Source: a virus. Taken from it: a stretch of DNA of 32,000 nt. Location of the stretch: positions 2,366 through 34,365 of IMG/VR virus record IMGVR_UViG_3300047649_000007; one strand, given 5' to 3'. The position numbers and the translations under genes were made by a program. Of the stretch, positions 13,795 through 22,236 are shown piece after piece. How positions within the stretch are numbered: the stretch's first letter is position 1; every line of letters begins with the position of its first letter. The notes under the pieces were generated by a model, which saw nothing but the letters and a program-made list of their open reading frames with translations, did no database searches and was not told where the DNA came from.

Positions 13795-15228
13795 TTATGA
13801 TTCATCAGTCACCGTCAAGTCCCCATCAGCAACGCAAGTGATAATGTACTGGAACTCGTCCTCTTTTATGGATGCAATAAACTTGTCCTGTTCTTCTTTG
13901 TTGAGGGCTTCAAATCCATTGATAAGTATTAGTTTGAGTTCACCGGCTGTTGCCTTTGCAATATTCAGAGCAACTTCGATTCTTTCGCCACCGGAAAGAT
14001 TATTTAACGGTCTGCCATTAACTTGAATGTTCCCATCTTCGCCAATTCCAAGCCCATCAATAGGCATTTTTGCAGATTTGAGGAGTATAGATGGCTGATT
14101 ACGAGCACGTTCAATCCGGTTCGCCAAAGTTATAACTTCAATCTTTTTGTTTTTTAACCTTTCCTGTTTTTCAAAAAGGTCATCAGCAGAGAGAACAAAG
14201 CCTTTCATAATTTCCATTTCGTCGACTTTGTCGTTTAAAGGTTGAATGTCGATAGTTTTATTGGTTTTAAGCCATTCTGCGGACTTTGCAGCCTTTTCAT
14301 CAACTACAGCACAATCTGATTCTGATTTTTTAATAACTGCGTCACAATCCAATATTGCCTTGTTTGAAATATCTGATTTTTCAGCTTTTAGCTCATCTAT
14401 CCTTTTAAGAAGTTGGCCAATTTTTGATTGCTTAGATTCTTCATTGGACTTTGCAACCGCCAATATGCTGTTTTTATCAGCCTTTGCAATCTCAAGGATG
14501 TTATCTTTTTGACCTTGTGCCTGTTCGGCAACATTGATGCAGTTCGTAACAAACTTGTTATGCTCGGTTGCTTCGTTTATTTGCTTAGTAATATCTAAAA
14601 CTGTTGCGCTGCGCCACGCCTCCACATCGTAGCCCTGTGGCAACTTTGCTTTAAGGTCTATAATGTTAGCCTCAAGGCTTTTAACGTCTGCGTTGACCGT
14701 TGTGCGCTTGTCAAAGTAGATTTTTTCAATATCTTTGCAAAGCTTCAAGGCATGTTTTGATGTATCAATGCCGACAGGAATTTCACCAAATATTTCAACG
14801 ATTTGCTCCGGTGAAAGAGACATCTTCATAGTATTTAAGACTATTTCTGTCTGCTCTTTTTCGGGTTTAAAAATAAATGAGATAGGGTTGATTTGTGTGT
14901 CTGACATGAGGGACTTTAGAAACGCTTCGGGTTTCTTTTGCGTCATGCCATCTCGCTCGACGCTTACGTTGGGCGCACCACCATCAACTGAGTATGTTTT
15001 TTTGACGGTCATGTCATTATCAAAAACAAGGAATACCTCGGCTTTTTCGCTGTCGCTGTTCACAAACACAGTGCGTTCGCTCTTGTTAGTAAGAGCCTTC
15101 TCAAGAGTTTCAACGATTGAAGTCTTGCCTTTGCCTTTTGCACCTTTAATGAGAGTGATTTTCCCTGGGGTAAATTCAAATTCCTTAACCCCTAAACAAC
15201 CTTTTTCAACGATTGAAGTAATTTTCAT
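13795..15228 (-). CDS. SMC/SbcC-like ABC-type ATPase with coiled-coil insert
   Basis: Walker A GAKGKGKTS, ABC signature LSGGERIEVAL, Walker B LKLILINGFEAL; ATG 15228 preferred (GAGGA upstream) over 15255. Confidence 0.8.
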   Translation of the reverse strand: MKITSIVEKGCLGVKEFEFTPGKITLIKGAKGKGKTSIVETLEKALTNKSERTVFVNSDSEKAEVFLVFDNDMTVKKTYSVDGGAPNVSVERDGMTQKKPEAFLKSLMSDTQINPISFIFKPEKEQTEIVLNTMKMSLSPEQIVEIFGEIPVGIDTSKHALKLCKDIEKIYFDKRTTVNADVKSLEANIIDLKAKLPQGYDVEAWRSATVLDITKQINEATEHNKFVTNCINVAEQAQGQKDNILEIAKADKNSILAVAKSNEESKQSKIGQLLKRIDELKAEKSDISNKAILDCDAVIKKSESDCAVVDEKAAKSAEWLKTNKTIDIQPLNDKVDEMEIMKGFVLSADDLFEKQERLKNKKIEVITLANRIERARNQPSILLKSAKMPIDGLGIGEDGNIQVNGRPLNNLSGGERIEVALNIAKATAGELKLILINGFEALNKEEQDKFIASIKEDEFQYIITCVADGDLTVTDES

Positions 15229-15346
15229 TGATGTCCTCATTTCTTTCACATTCACATTTATTTATCGGTCTGCCACATACCCTACAACGGTAAGGCTGTG
15301 GCTCGGGTTCGGCTAAGTATTGGGATTCTATTTGGTCAAAGGTCAT
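15206..15346 (-). CDS. 46-aa zinc-knuckle ORF
   Basis: Below ORF-track cutoff; GAGGA 9 nt upstream of ATG 15346; ...YRCRVCGRPINKCECERN...; overlaps both neighbours. Confidence 0.35.
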   Translation of the reverse strand: MTFDQIESQYLAEPEPQPYRCRVCGRPINKCECERNEDINENYFNR

Positions 15347-15920
15347 TGGGCTTGTCCTCTGGCTTTAAGTGAACTGGTAAAACCATCTTGTAATCATCAC
15401 GGTTAGTCCTTAATAAAATTGGTTCGACTGGACTTCGAAATTCAAGAATAACCGGTTGCCTAAAAGAGTTCCCAACAGATGATTTTGCAGATTGTAACGC
15501 TGCCAGAAGTGCATTCCCATCAAATCCAATGCGGTAAATCGGGTTCTTATCAACGACATCATTAAGAACCTTATTCCAGTCAAGAAATTCGCCGTCCGGC
15601 TGCTGATAACCGGATATATTGCCATTAATGCTGATAAAGCAAACGTGCTCTTTTACTTCTATAATTGCATAGCTGTCTTTTTTAAATTTTGGAATATCTG
15701 ATTTTATGTAGGCCGTAAAATCTTCATCCACTTGGCTACATATAGAATGTTCAACTGGCATTTTATATCCATCAACAGCAATCGCAGTTACCAAATTAAA
15801 TTCCTTTTTGAATTCTAGCCGAATGTAACAATGTACAGGTTTACAATTATCAGTTGAAGAAAATTTATAAGTTGATAAAATAAGTTTTTTTAAGTCGCTT
15901 GCCTTAATTAAAGCTTTCAT
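15336..15920 (-). CDS. beta-clamp (DnaN)-like two-domain protein
   Basis: AIAVDGYKMPVEH..., YRIGFDGNALLAALQSAK...PVILEFRSPVEPILLRTNRDDYKMVLPV resembles DnaN domain patterns (by eye). Confidence 0.45.
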   Translation of the reverse strand: MKALIKASDLKKLILSTYKFSSTDNCKPVHCYIRLEFKKEFNLVTAIAVDGYKMPVEHSICSQVDEDFTAYIKSDIPKFKKDSYAIIEVKEHVCFISINGNISGYQQPDGEFLDWNKVLNDVVDKNPIYRIGFDGNALLAALQSAKSSVGNSFRQPVILEFRSPVEPILLRTNRDDYKMVLPVHLKPEDKPNDL

Positions 15921-16297
15921 TCAGCAAATTCCTCCCTTAAATCCCACATTTCATATCTTTTCATTTTTCCAATATCCAATTCAACAAGTACGCCACCATA
16001 AATTTCGTTTTTGATTTCTCCGTGATGCCCGTCAACGGTTATAACGCGTGTTCCTGCCTCATAGCTTGACAAACTGTCTGCATTGGTGTACTCTGTTGGT
16101 GATTTATTGTTTCCACTGTTCGCTGCCTTTGATGTTTCAGCATCAAGGGCGGTTTTTTCTTCATCCAAAGCATGTTTCAAAGTGCAAAACAAATTATTTA
16201 GCGTTCCTACATAAGGCATTGATTCTTCGCTATATGCCGTTTTTGCGAGAGCTGCGGAATTTACTCTAATTGCTTTTAAAATTTCATAGCTTGTCAT
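15917..16297 (-). CDS. hypothetical phage protein
   Basis: 126-aa ORF coupled to neighbours; C-terminal SH3-like stretch GTRVITVDGHHGEIKNEIYGGVLVELD. Confidence 0.5.
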   Translation of the reverse strand: MTSYEILKAIRVNSAALAKTAYSEESMPYVGTLNNLFCTLKHALDEEKTALDAETSKAANSGNNKSPTEYTNADSLSSYEAGTRVITVDGHHGEIKNEIYGGVLVELDIGKMKRYEMWDLREEFAE

Positions 16298-16338
16298 TCA
16301 GATTCCTCCTTTACATATTTTTCACCATTGATTGTGAC

Positions 16339-17004
16339 TTAAAGTTTTGCAGGCTGTGGAATTTTTTCAAGTGTATCAGCCGACCAATTCCATGCACCAC
16401 CATCAATGTCAAGACAAAAACCTGCCAAAAATTCTCTAGTTATTTTTGCAATTTTTCCTGCGTATTGAAGCATTTGATCAACAATAAAAATTTCATATTT
16501 ATTATTTTTGCTTAGACTAGGACTAATTCTTACCGTTTCTCCAACCTCAAAAGTAACTGGTTCTGCAATCGGTTCTGTTGGTGCTTCCTGCGGCTGTGAA
16601 AACAGCATGTCCACTATATCTGTGGGTGTGTTTGTAGCCTTACAAAATGCTTCAAGAACGCTTAAATATGGTTGCTCTGAATTATATGGGGATTCACCTT
16701 TTCGCCCATCTGCAAGCTGTATGGTGTATTGATTGCCATGCTTTCTACCGGACTTGATGCGGAATGAGGGTGCTTTGGGTTCTATGTAGGGCTCAAAGTC
16801 AGAGGCGTTGAAATAATCTCCGCTGTTGGAATCTTTTACAACGTCAAGCGTAAAAAAGTCGTCAGTTTTTTTAGTAACATATAGAAAACGTTGCTCTAAA
16901 CCGCCTTGATAATTCCACACATTGCTATCATTAAGCCCCCTACCAGCAAATGTTTTATTATGTGGAACTACCCTCATGCCAACCTTTACCTTACTTGTTT
17001 CCAT
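16339..17004 (-). CDS. hypothetical phage protein
   Basis: 221-aa ORF; GGAG 7 nt upstream of ATG 17004. Confidence 0.55.
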   Translation of the reverse strand: METSKVKVGMRVVPHNKTFAGRGLNDSNVWNYQGGLEQRFLYVTKKTDDFFTLDVVKDSNSGDYFNASDFEPYIEPKAPSFRIKSGRKHGNQYTIQLADGRKGESPYNSEQPYLSVLEAFCKATNTPTDIVDMLFSQPQEAPTEPIAEPVTFEVGETVRISPSLSKNNKYEIFIVDQMLQYAGKIAKITREFLAGFCLDIDGGAWNWSADTLEKIPQPAKL

Positions 17005-17138
17005 TTTTTCTCCAACCTTTCAAATTTTTTATAAATCCTGTATCCAAACTTATCAACTAGCCACATTACAGTGCATATGTAAATCATTAGCGCAGCGATG
17101 ATGCAAAGGACAATCAAAAACATATGTAAATTACTCAT
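16986..17138 (-). CDS. 50-aa single-pass membrane protein
   Basis: AAGGAGGG RBS before ATG 17138; MSNLHMFLIVLCIIAALMIYICTVMWLV then basic tail. Confidence 0.5.
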   Translation of the reverse strand: MSNLHMFLIVLCIIAALMIYICTVMWLVDKFGYRIYKKFERLEKKWKQVR

Positions 17139-17148
17139 ATATCCCTCC

Positions 17149-17355
17149 TTATCTGACCGAATGGCATAAATTTTTAAATGTGTTGTGCCTATTCTTACGG
17201 CCTTGATAGATGCTTTCAACGGTTGCTGCGATAAAATCATTTTCTTGACTGATTGCCTTTAACCTCTTTGCGTTCTGGCCTGCCTCTGCCAAATATCTAG
17301 GGCAAGCAGAGTGGCAGCCTACAAATCTTTCGTCACAGTTGCGACAGCAAGTCAC
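17149..17355 (-). CDS. small Cys-rich protein
   Basis: GTG 17355 after AGGGAGGTG; MTCCRNCDERFVGCHSACPRY. Confidence 0.45.
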   Translation of the reverse strand: MTCCRNCDERFVGCHSACPRYLAEAGQNAKRLKAISQENDFIAATVESIYQGRKNRHNTFKNLCHSVR

Positions 17356-17385
17356 GATAACGCACCTCCCTTTAATTTTTATTGA

Positions 17386-17799
17386 TTACTCAATTGGCGT
17401 TAAGCTCTTAACTTCTTTAGGTAAAAATGTCCACGACGGGTAATTGCTTTCCCAATATTGTGCGTTATAGAGCCAATCGTTTAGCTTGATTTTTTCAGTT
17501 GTAAGGGCTGCATCTTCGATTGAATTTTTAGAAACATGTGATTCTATGTAAGACTTTTGAGAAACAAAAACGCTTGTATCTTGCCGGTCTTGAATGGGAC
17601 AAAATATACAAAAAAATAAAAGAATAGGCACAATGATAAATGAAGTTATGGCAACAATTGTGCCTCCGAAATCTAAAGCATCCTCAAACCACATTGAATT
17701 TGCCCTATATGAATTGCAAGAAGAAACAACACCCAAAACTCCCAAGAGTACAAATGCAACCGTTAAAATATCAAAAAGCACAAAAATAACCTCTTTCAA
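17386..17799 (-). CDS. membrane protein (2 TM segments)
   Basis: FVLFDILTVAFVLLGVLGVV and IVAITSFIIVPILLFFCIFC; start uncertain (TTG 17799 or GTG 17781 after AGAGG). Confidence 0.55.
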   Translation of the reverse strand: MKEVIFVLFDILTVAFVLLGVLGVVSSCNSYRANSMWFEDALDFGGTIVAITSFIIVPILLFFCIFCPIQDRQDTSVFVSQKSYIESHVSKNSIEDAALTTEKIKLNDWLYNAQYWESNYPSWTFLPKEVKSLTPIE

Positions 17800-17928
17800 A
17801 TCAATTTTTAAATCTGCTCAAATACTGCCTGTGCCTATGCCGAAAGAAATAAGTTATACCATTTTGCTTGAGCTGGAAATGCGATACTTTTTGCTTCGTT
17901 GTGGTCAACTCCTTTTACTTTAAATTTA

Positions 17929-17957
17929 TTGTCCTTTTCTCCACTTTGATGTAAAAT
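17929..17957 (+). promoter_or_regulatory. promoter of the plus-strand moron
   Basis: TTGTCC-17 nt-TAAAAT, then AAAGGAG RBS. Confidence 0.45.
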
Positions 17958-17982
17958 TGTGGGGAAAGGAGATGATATAACT

Positions 17983-18252
17983 ATGGTTTACTTAATAAGC
18001 TATGATTTAATAGAAAAACCAGAAGAATCCTATGAAAAGCTATTTGATGTTATAAAATCATGCAAAGACTACCGCCATCCGTTAAAATCTCAATGGTTTA
18101 TAGCATCAGCTAGAACTGCAACAGAAATTTACAACAGTCTTGCGGCATACGTAATGAAAAACGATCGATTATTTGTAAACGAAATCACGCCTAATAGATG
18201 TGGATGGTTAAGTACCGAAGATGTAGAATGGCTTAATAAACATGGTGCTTAA
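17983..18252 (+). CDS. small opposite-strand protein with a Cas2/VapD-like beta-alpha-beta pattern
   Basis: MVYLISYDLIEKPEESYEKLFDVIKSCKDYRHPLKSQWFIAS...DRLFVNEI; own promoter and RBS; 3' end overlaps a convergent gene by 4 nt. Confidence 0.55.
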   Translation: MVYLISYDLIEKPEESYEKLFDVIKSCKDYRHPLKSQWFIASARTATEIYNSLAAYVMKNDRLFVNEITPNRCGWLSTEDVEWLNKHGA

Positions 18253-18491
18253 TCCAATGTACCGGATGGAACAGATCCTCCTTTGTCAGTGCAACAAGCT
18301 TGTGGCTCTGAACAATTTGAACCCGGTGCACAACGTTTCATTTCATTTGGGCGAGCCCCATTGCTATCCTCTGGAATAAATCTTCTCCCAGGCTGTTCTT
18401 GAGCTTGTCCTTCAAGGGCAGTCACTCTTTTTTCAAGAGCTTCGTTGCGCTTGATAAGTGTCTCTATGCACATTTCAGTTACCTTATTCAT
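18249..18491 (-). CDS. hypothetical protein
   Basis: 80-aa ORF; coiled N-terminus, Cys-containing C-terminus. Confidence 0.45.
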   Translation of the reverse strand: MNKVTEMCIETLIKRNEALEKRVTALEGQAQEQPGRRFIPEDSNGARPNEMKRCAPGSNCSEPQACCTDKGGSVPSGTLD

Positions 18492-18509
18492 TCTTCTTTC
18501 ACCTCACTT

Positions 18510-19601
18510 TCAAAATAACCTTGTTTGTGATTTTACCGATTCAAGCTGTTCCGCTTTGCGCCGAGCATCCTTGTATTCGTTGTACTGTTGCCTATACCTG
18601 TAGCTATCGCCAAACACATTCCATGCGGCCTTTACCAAATTTGGCTCATACGGTCGAATCTTTTCTAAATCCTTTACCGCTCTCGCCGAAATAGAACATC
18701 CACAGCAACCTGTGCGCGTAAGACCATATACCTCATAGGCGTCAGAATAGCGAATCCCATAGTATTTTTTATACCATTGTTTATCAGCATCAGACGCATA
18801 AAACAGAGGTCGAAGTCTATATTTTCCGTCAGCCGCTTCGGAAAAGCACATTGATGTATTGTCTTTGCGTGGAACAGATCGCATACCACCTTCGTCACGC
18901 CGTTCTCCGGTGATTACCATGTCAAATGGCTTTTGAACGCTATGTGCGAGATTCTTTTTACAGTATGTACAGCATTTGTTACTTACTCGGAACGGGATCG
19001 GATTTTCCTTGATAAAATCCAGCATATATTTTGAAGAATTTATGACCAATTGTATATCCGGTCGTGGCTCACCTTTCGAGTTACACCCACACAAAAAATT
19101 AATTGTTGATTCGCATTTTGGGTAGCGTTCGCGAAGTTCCGCGCGCTTTGCCATTTTATTCTCTGTCTCTGCGTACTCGTCAGCAATCGATAGTGGAATA
19201 TTTTTCTTTTGGACACCCTCCAATCCAGCAGACATAATTTTGGACACAAACGGCTGTCCATACTCTCGCGTTGCCAACACTATATTTTTCTTGGGTCGGT
19301 ATTCGGTGATTGTGACCCCATACAGTGCCTCCGTTTCGTGAACATGACGCTTTATTGCGTCCATCTCAAGTCCTGTATTAAAAAAACAGTACTGGACGGC
19401 CGGAAGATTAAATGTTTTGCGCACTGTCTCAATGAGATGCAGCATGATGTCGCTGTCGCTCCCACCTGAATATGAACATATCGCGTTAGGATGCTCATGC
19501 AGCCTTTTTGCGATTATGCTTTTAATGGCTTCAAATTTGGCTGGAGCATCAAAGTCTGCATATGCCGGGCGGTCTGTGTATACCTTGCTTTTATATTCCA
19601 T
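18510..19601 (-). CDS. PAPS-reductase-like PP-loop enzyme with C-terminal Cys cluster
   Basis: SYSGGSDSDIML (SGGxDS PP-loop), ...VITGERRDEGGMR..., LTRTGCCGCSIS. Confidence 0.75.
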   Translation of the reverse strand: MEYKSKVYTDRPAYADFDAPAKFEAIKSIIAKRLHEHPNAICSYSGGSDSDIMLHLIETVRKTFNLPAVQYCFFNTGLEMDAIKRHVHETEALYGVTITEYRPKKNIVLATREYGQPFVSKIMSAGLEGVQKKNIPLSIADEYAETENKMAKRAELRERYPKCESTINFLCGCNSKGEPRPDIQLVINSSKYMLDFIKENPIPFRVSNKCCTYCKKNLAHSVQKPFDMVITGERRDEGGMRSVPRKDNTSMCFSEAADGKYRLRPLFYASDADKQWYKKYYGIRYSDAYEVYGLTRTGCCGCSISARAVKDLEKIRPYEPNLVKAAWNVFGDSYRYRQQYNEYKDARRKAEQLESVKSQTRLF

Positions 19602-19641
19602 TTCTCACTTTCCTTTCACCCATTCTAATTTTTAGAACAGC

Positions 19642-20346
19642 TCAATTTTCCGCACCCTCCAGACCATGTTTAACCGCCATTTCTTTGACGATTGCTACAT
19701 AAAGCTCAATTAAAACCTTGTCGTCTGCCATGCGGCACCGCATATTTGTAAGGCGAGTTTTAAGGCTCTTGCCGCCGCGCTTGTCAATGAGCTTGTACAC
19801 TTCTGCATTGATATCCCTTATGTATTCATTACTACCCATTCGCTGTGCAATGCGTACAATAAGCTTGCGTGCATCCTCACGCCACGAACGAGTATCAAGG
19901 GCAATAATATCGCCTATGTTATCTATGCGCTTGTTGGTGTCTGCAAGGGCTTGCTGTTGGTCTTTCATAGCCTTGACGGTGTATTCCATAAAATCCAGAG
20001 CAGTTACCGGTTTGATGCTGTATGTACCAGTTTTGCGGATTTGAGGTAGGATTTCATCAGCAACTTTGCATTGGAAATCAACCGCCGTCTTATTGCTTGC
20101 TTTGAATGCAAGACGATAGAAGATATTTTCGGGAATAAACTCGGGTAATGAATCATCGCAGAATGTTGCGATGCCAAATTCGGAAAGATATCCTCTAATC
20201 GTGCGCCATCTGAATGTCTCATTACCGCTTGCGGCAACCTCCGTAAAGCCTAACCCCATTGCTACATTTTTAAGATTTAACTGTGCTATGCCATTTTCGT
20301 CTATGTAGCCGGATACGCCGGAAACAGTTATTAATTGCTTGTCCAT
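19642..20346 (-). CDS. Bro-N-domain antirepressor-like protein
   Basis: ATG 20346 after AAAGGAG; FIPENIFYRLAFKASNKTAVDFQCKVADEILPQIRKTGTY is the Bro-N pattern. Confidence 0.65.
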   Translation of the reverse strand: MDKQLITVSGVSGYIDENGIAQLNLKNVAMGLGFTEVAASGNETFRWRTIRGYLSEFGIATFCDDSLPEFIPENIFYRLAFKASNKTAVDFQCKVADEILPQIRKTGTYSIKPVTALDFMEYTVKAMKDQQQALADTNKRIDNIGDIIALDTRSWREDARKLIVRIAQRMGSNEYIRDINAEVYKLIDKRGGKSLKTRLTNMRCRMADDKVLIELYVAIVKEMAVKHGLEGAEN

Positions 20347-20359
20347 ATTGATACTCCTT

Positions 20360-20593
20360 TTAAATAGGCTGTTGAGTGTTGCACGGCTGCATTTCGCCGT
20401 GAAAACATCTATCGAAGCACTCACGAAATATAACATAACGGTATGAGCCTGGTGTTTTGCCTGGAATCGCTGTCCCAAAGGTGAAAAGATGATTTTTCAA
20501 GCCTGATTCAAGTGTTTGATGGGCGATACCCATTAGTTCCGATGCTTCCTTAACGCCAATCAAAACATTTTCATTAGGTTCTAACTTGTCCAA
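20360..20593 (-). CDS. small HTH protein (excisionase/MerR-like)
   Basis: LIGVKEASELMGIAHQTLESGLKN; TTG start abutting the upstream stop. Confidence 0.45.
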   Translation of the reverse strand: MDKLEPNENVLIGVKEASELMGIAHQTLESGLKNHLFTFGTAIPGKTPGSYRYVIFRECFDRCFHGEMQPCNTQQPI

Positions 20594-20594
20594 A

Positions 20595-20819
20595 TTAGGA
20601 TGCCTCCTTTAATTCGCTTTCAAGTTCCAATTCTCTTATAAACGCTTTGAGGTAACCATCAGCGCATTTTTTCTTGCCATGAATTATGTAACTGTATTGG
20701 GCAACGCTCATGCCAACTCGCTTGCACAGTTCTACTTTGGTCATACCCCATTTCTTGCGCCTTGTTTCGAGGATTAACCCAAGTTTACTGTAATTGGTGT
20801 CCGGTTGTTGAAAATTCAA
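20595..20819 (-). CDS. XRE-family HTH, Cro-like
   Basis: GMTKVELCKRVGMSVAQYSYIIHGKK; GGAGG RBS before TTG 20819. Confidence 0.65.
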   Translation of the reverse strand: MNFQQPDTNYSKLGLILETRRKKWGMTKVELCKRVGMSVAQYSYIIHGKKKCADGYLKAFIRELELESELKEAS

Positions 20820-20834
20820 TTAAAAGCCTCCTTT

Positions 20835-21590
20835 CTATGCTGAAATTTCAGTCAAAAACTTGTTAATGAAATATTGCTGACCCTTGCCGGTTACTTTAGT
20901 TGTTTTGCTGACCGTTACATGTCCATCTGAATGGTTAATAGTGGTTTCCTTGACTTCAAACAACTTTAAATCCATTGATTTTTGTGTTGGTGCATTATGG
21001 TCTGTCCCATACCGGCTAATTAGATAACCATTTTGTCTAAGCCATTCAAATAGTCGTTTTTCACCGGTATCAACGCCATTTTGCCGAATAATTTTTGCCA
21101 ACTCGCCAATGAGTATTGATGTTTTTGCCGTTGCAACGCTATCAGCAAACAACACTTTAGGCTTGTCCTGCTCTATTTTGCTATTAAGTACGCTGTTTTC
21201 TTGCATCACATTTGATAATTCAGCGTTGGCTAGTACAAGCGCACGAGCCATAAGCTTTGCAGGGCTGTTCCATTCCTTTTCAACACCAATGAAATACTTA
21301 CGGACTATGTGACCTTGTTCGGTGGATTCAGCCATTGCTATTTCTTTGGCGCAATCAAGGGTAAGGGCATATTCGGTTTTAGGTTTGCCCGGAAGTCCAT
21401 CCGACCTATCCCCCAAATATGGGGAATAGCTATCTCCCTCCACAAACCCATATTTTTCAAGCCTGTCCTTAATCCATGTTGAAAAATCTTTGCCAACATT
21501 TAAACCGTTATGTAATGTTCGAGCATCGACCGTTGCGCCATTTTCAGATTCATATACCGGAACGATTCCGTTTGCAATAAGCTTGTCCAT
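20835..21590 (-). CDS. phage antirepressor (AntA/Rha-type N-domain + KilA-C domain)
   Basis: VDARTLHNGLNVGKDFSTWIKDRL...EYALTLDCAKEIAM; C-terminal LIGELAKIIRQNGVDTGEKRLFEWLRQNGYLISR. Confidence 0.7.
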   Translation of the reverse strand: MDKLIANGIVPVYESENGATVDARTLHNGLNVGKDFSTWIKDRLEKYGFVEGDSYSPYLGDRSDGLPGKPKTEYALTLDCAKEIAMAESTEQGHIVRKYFIGVEKEWNSPAKLMARALVLANAELSNVMQENSVLNSKIEQDKPKVLFADSVATAKTSILIGELAKIIRQNGVDTGEKRLFEWLRQNGYLISRYGTDHNAPTQKSMDLKLFEVKETTINHSDGHVTVSKTTKVTGKGQQYFINKFLTEISA

Positions 21591-21681
21591 GTTTTCAATC
21601 CTTTCTATTTTAAATTCGTGGTCTCCGATACGTTCGGAGCGGACGTTCTGAAAACTCTGTTGAATTTTCTGTAAAAAATTG

Positions 21682-21710
21682 TTGTACTTGTTGTCATAAG
21701 GTTGTACAAT
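21682..21710 (+). promoter_or_regulatory. plus-strand promoter inside a quasi-palindrome
   Basis: TTGTAC-17 nt-TACAAT. The reverse strand reads TTGTAC-17-TACAAC, a possible face-to-face promoter for the antirepressor operon. Confidence 0.4.
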
Positions 21711-21896
21711 TTATAACAAGAGATAACGCCGAGCCAAGCCCTTTTCGGGGAAGGTGTAACGACTGGACACGGAGCAACCAATGGCAATTGGTTGAAGGCA
21801 CAGTCTGAACTTTGCGGTGACGTAAAGAGCCTGACGGAAACGATTAGACCACGTAGAAATGCGGAGTAACAAAATTGGATTACAGGGATAAATAAC

Positions 21897-22058
21897 ATGT
21901 CAACTATAGGTAACTTACTTGAAGAATCAGCCAAGGTCATGTGGAACCCAGCAGCAGAAGCTATAGTTTCTAGCTTGGCAACAATGGATAACTTTACAAA
22001 AGGAATTACATCAATAAAAATTAATCCAGAGGTAAGTAATTGCCCTGCCATGTGGTAA
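21897..22058 (+). CDS. 53-aa ORF behind a ~180-nt structured leader
   Basis: AGGGA 9 nt upstream of ATG; MSTIGNLLEESAKVMWNPAAEAIVSSLATMDNFTKGITSIKINPEVSNCPAMW; coding-like codon pattern but no homology recognised. Confidence 0.3.
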   Translation: MSTIGNLLEESAKVMWNPAAEAIVSSLATMDNFTKGITSIKINPEVSNCPAMW

Positions 22059-22146
22059 CGCGTGGTTTGTACTCCGTAAACTCGGCGAAAATCTCTTATT
22101 AACGCTATTTAACTCAAAATTATTGCAGAATTGCCCTCCTAACTTA

Positions 22147-22174
22147 TTGACATAGCTTGTCAATGTGATATAAT
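22147..22174 (+). promoter_or_regulatory. strong plus-strand promoter
   Basis: TTGACA-16 nt-TGaTATAAT (extended -10); the -35 is part of the palindrome TTGACAtagctTGTCAA. Confidence 0.6.
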
Positions 22175-22180
22175 CAATAT

Positions 22181-22236
22181 TGTTACGGCAAACGATAACA
22201 AAATAACAGGTAAGCAAACGTCAATTTGCTTTTTTA
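22181..22236 (+). ncRNA. candidate ~55-nt sRNA, antisense to the leftward transcript
   Basis: Starts ~7 nt after the -10 at 22174; ends at AAGCAAA-cgtcaa-TTTGCTT hairpin plus T6 (22212-22235); no ORF. Confidence 0.4.

Noticed and set aside
14735-15316. Long plus-strand ORFs antisense to minus-strand genes (also 1226-1531, 6098-6484, 11008-11331, 19718-20044, 28374-29027, 29633-30047)
   Set aside because: These are shadow ORFs opposite well-supported genes. They are Ser/Leu/Phe/Cys-rich, have no ribosome-binding sites and no recognisable motifs.
21717-21896. Assignment of the structured leader to a known riboswitch class (glycine, ZTP, c-di-GMP I/II, TPP, purine, fluoride considered)
   Set aside because: There are only short chance resemblances (for example CGGAGCAAC versus the glycine-aptamer GGAGCAA, and CGACTGGAC versus the ZTP ACUGGCG). 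The other conserved cores are absent. It needs a covariance-model search, not an eyeball call.
21605-22051. 148-aa minus-strand ORF filling the gap upstream of the antirepressor
   Set aside because: It has almost no charged residues and an implausible composition. It runs straight through the promoter quasi-palindrome at 21682-21710, has no RBS, and is antisense to a better small ORF. I treat it as a chance open frame over non-coding or RNA sequence.
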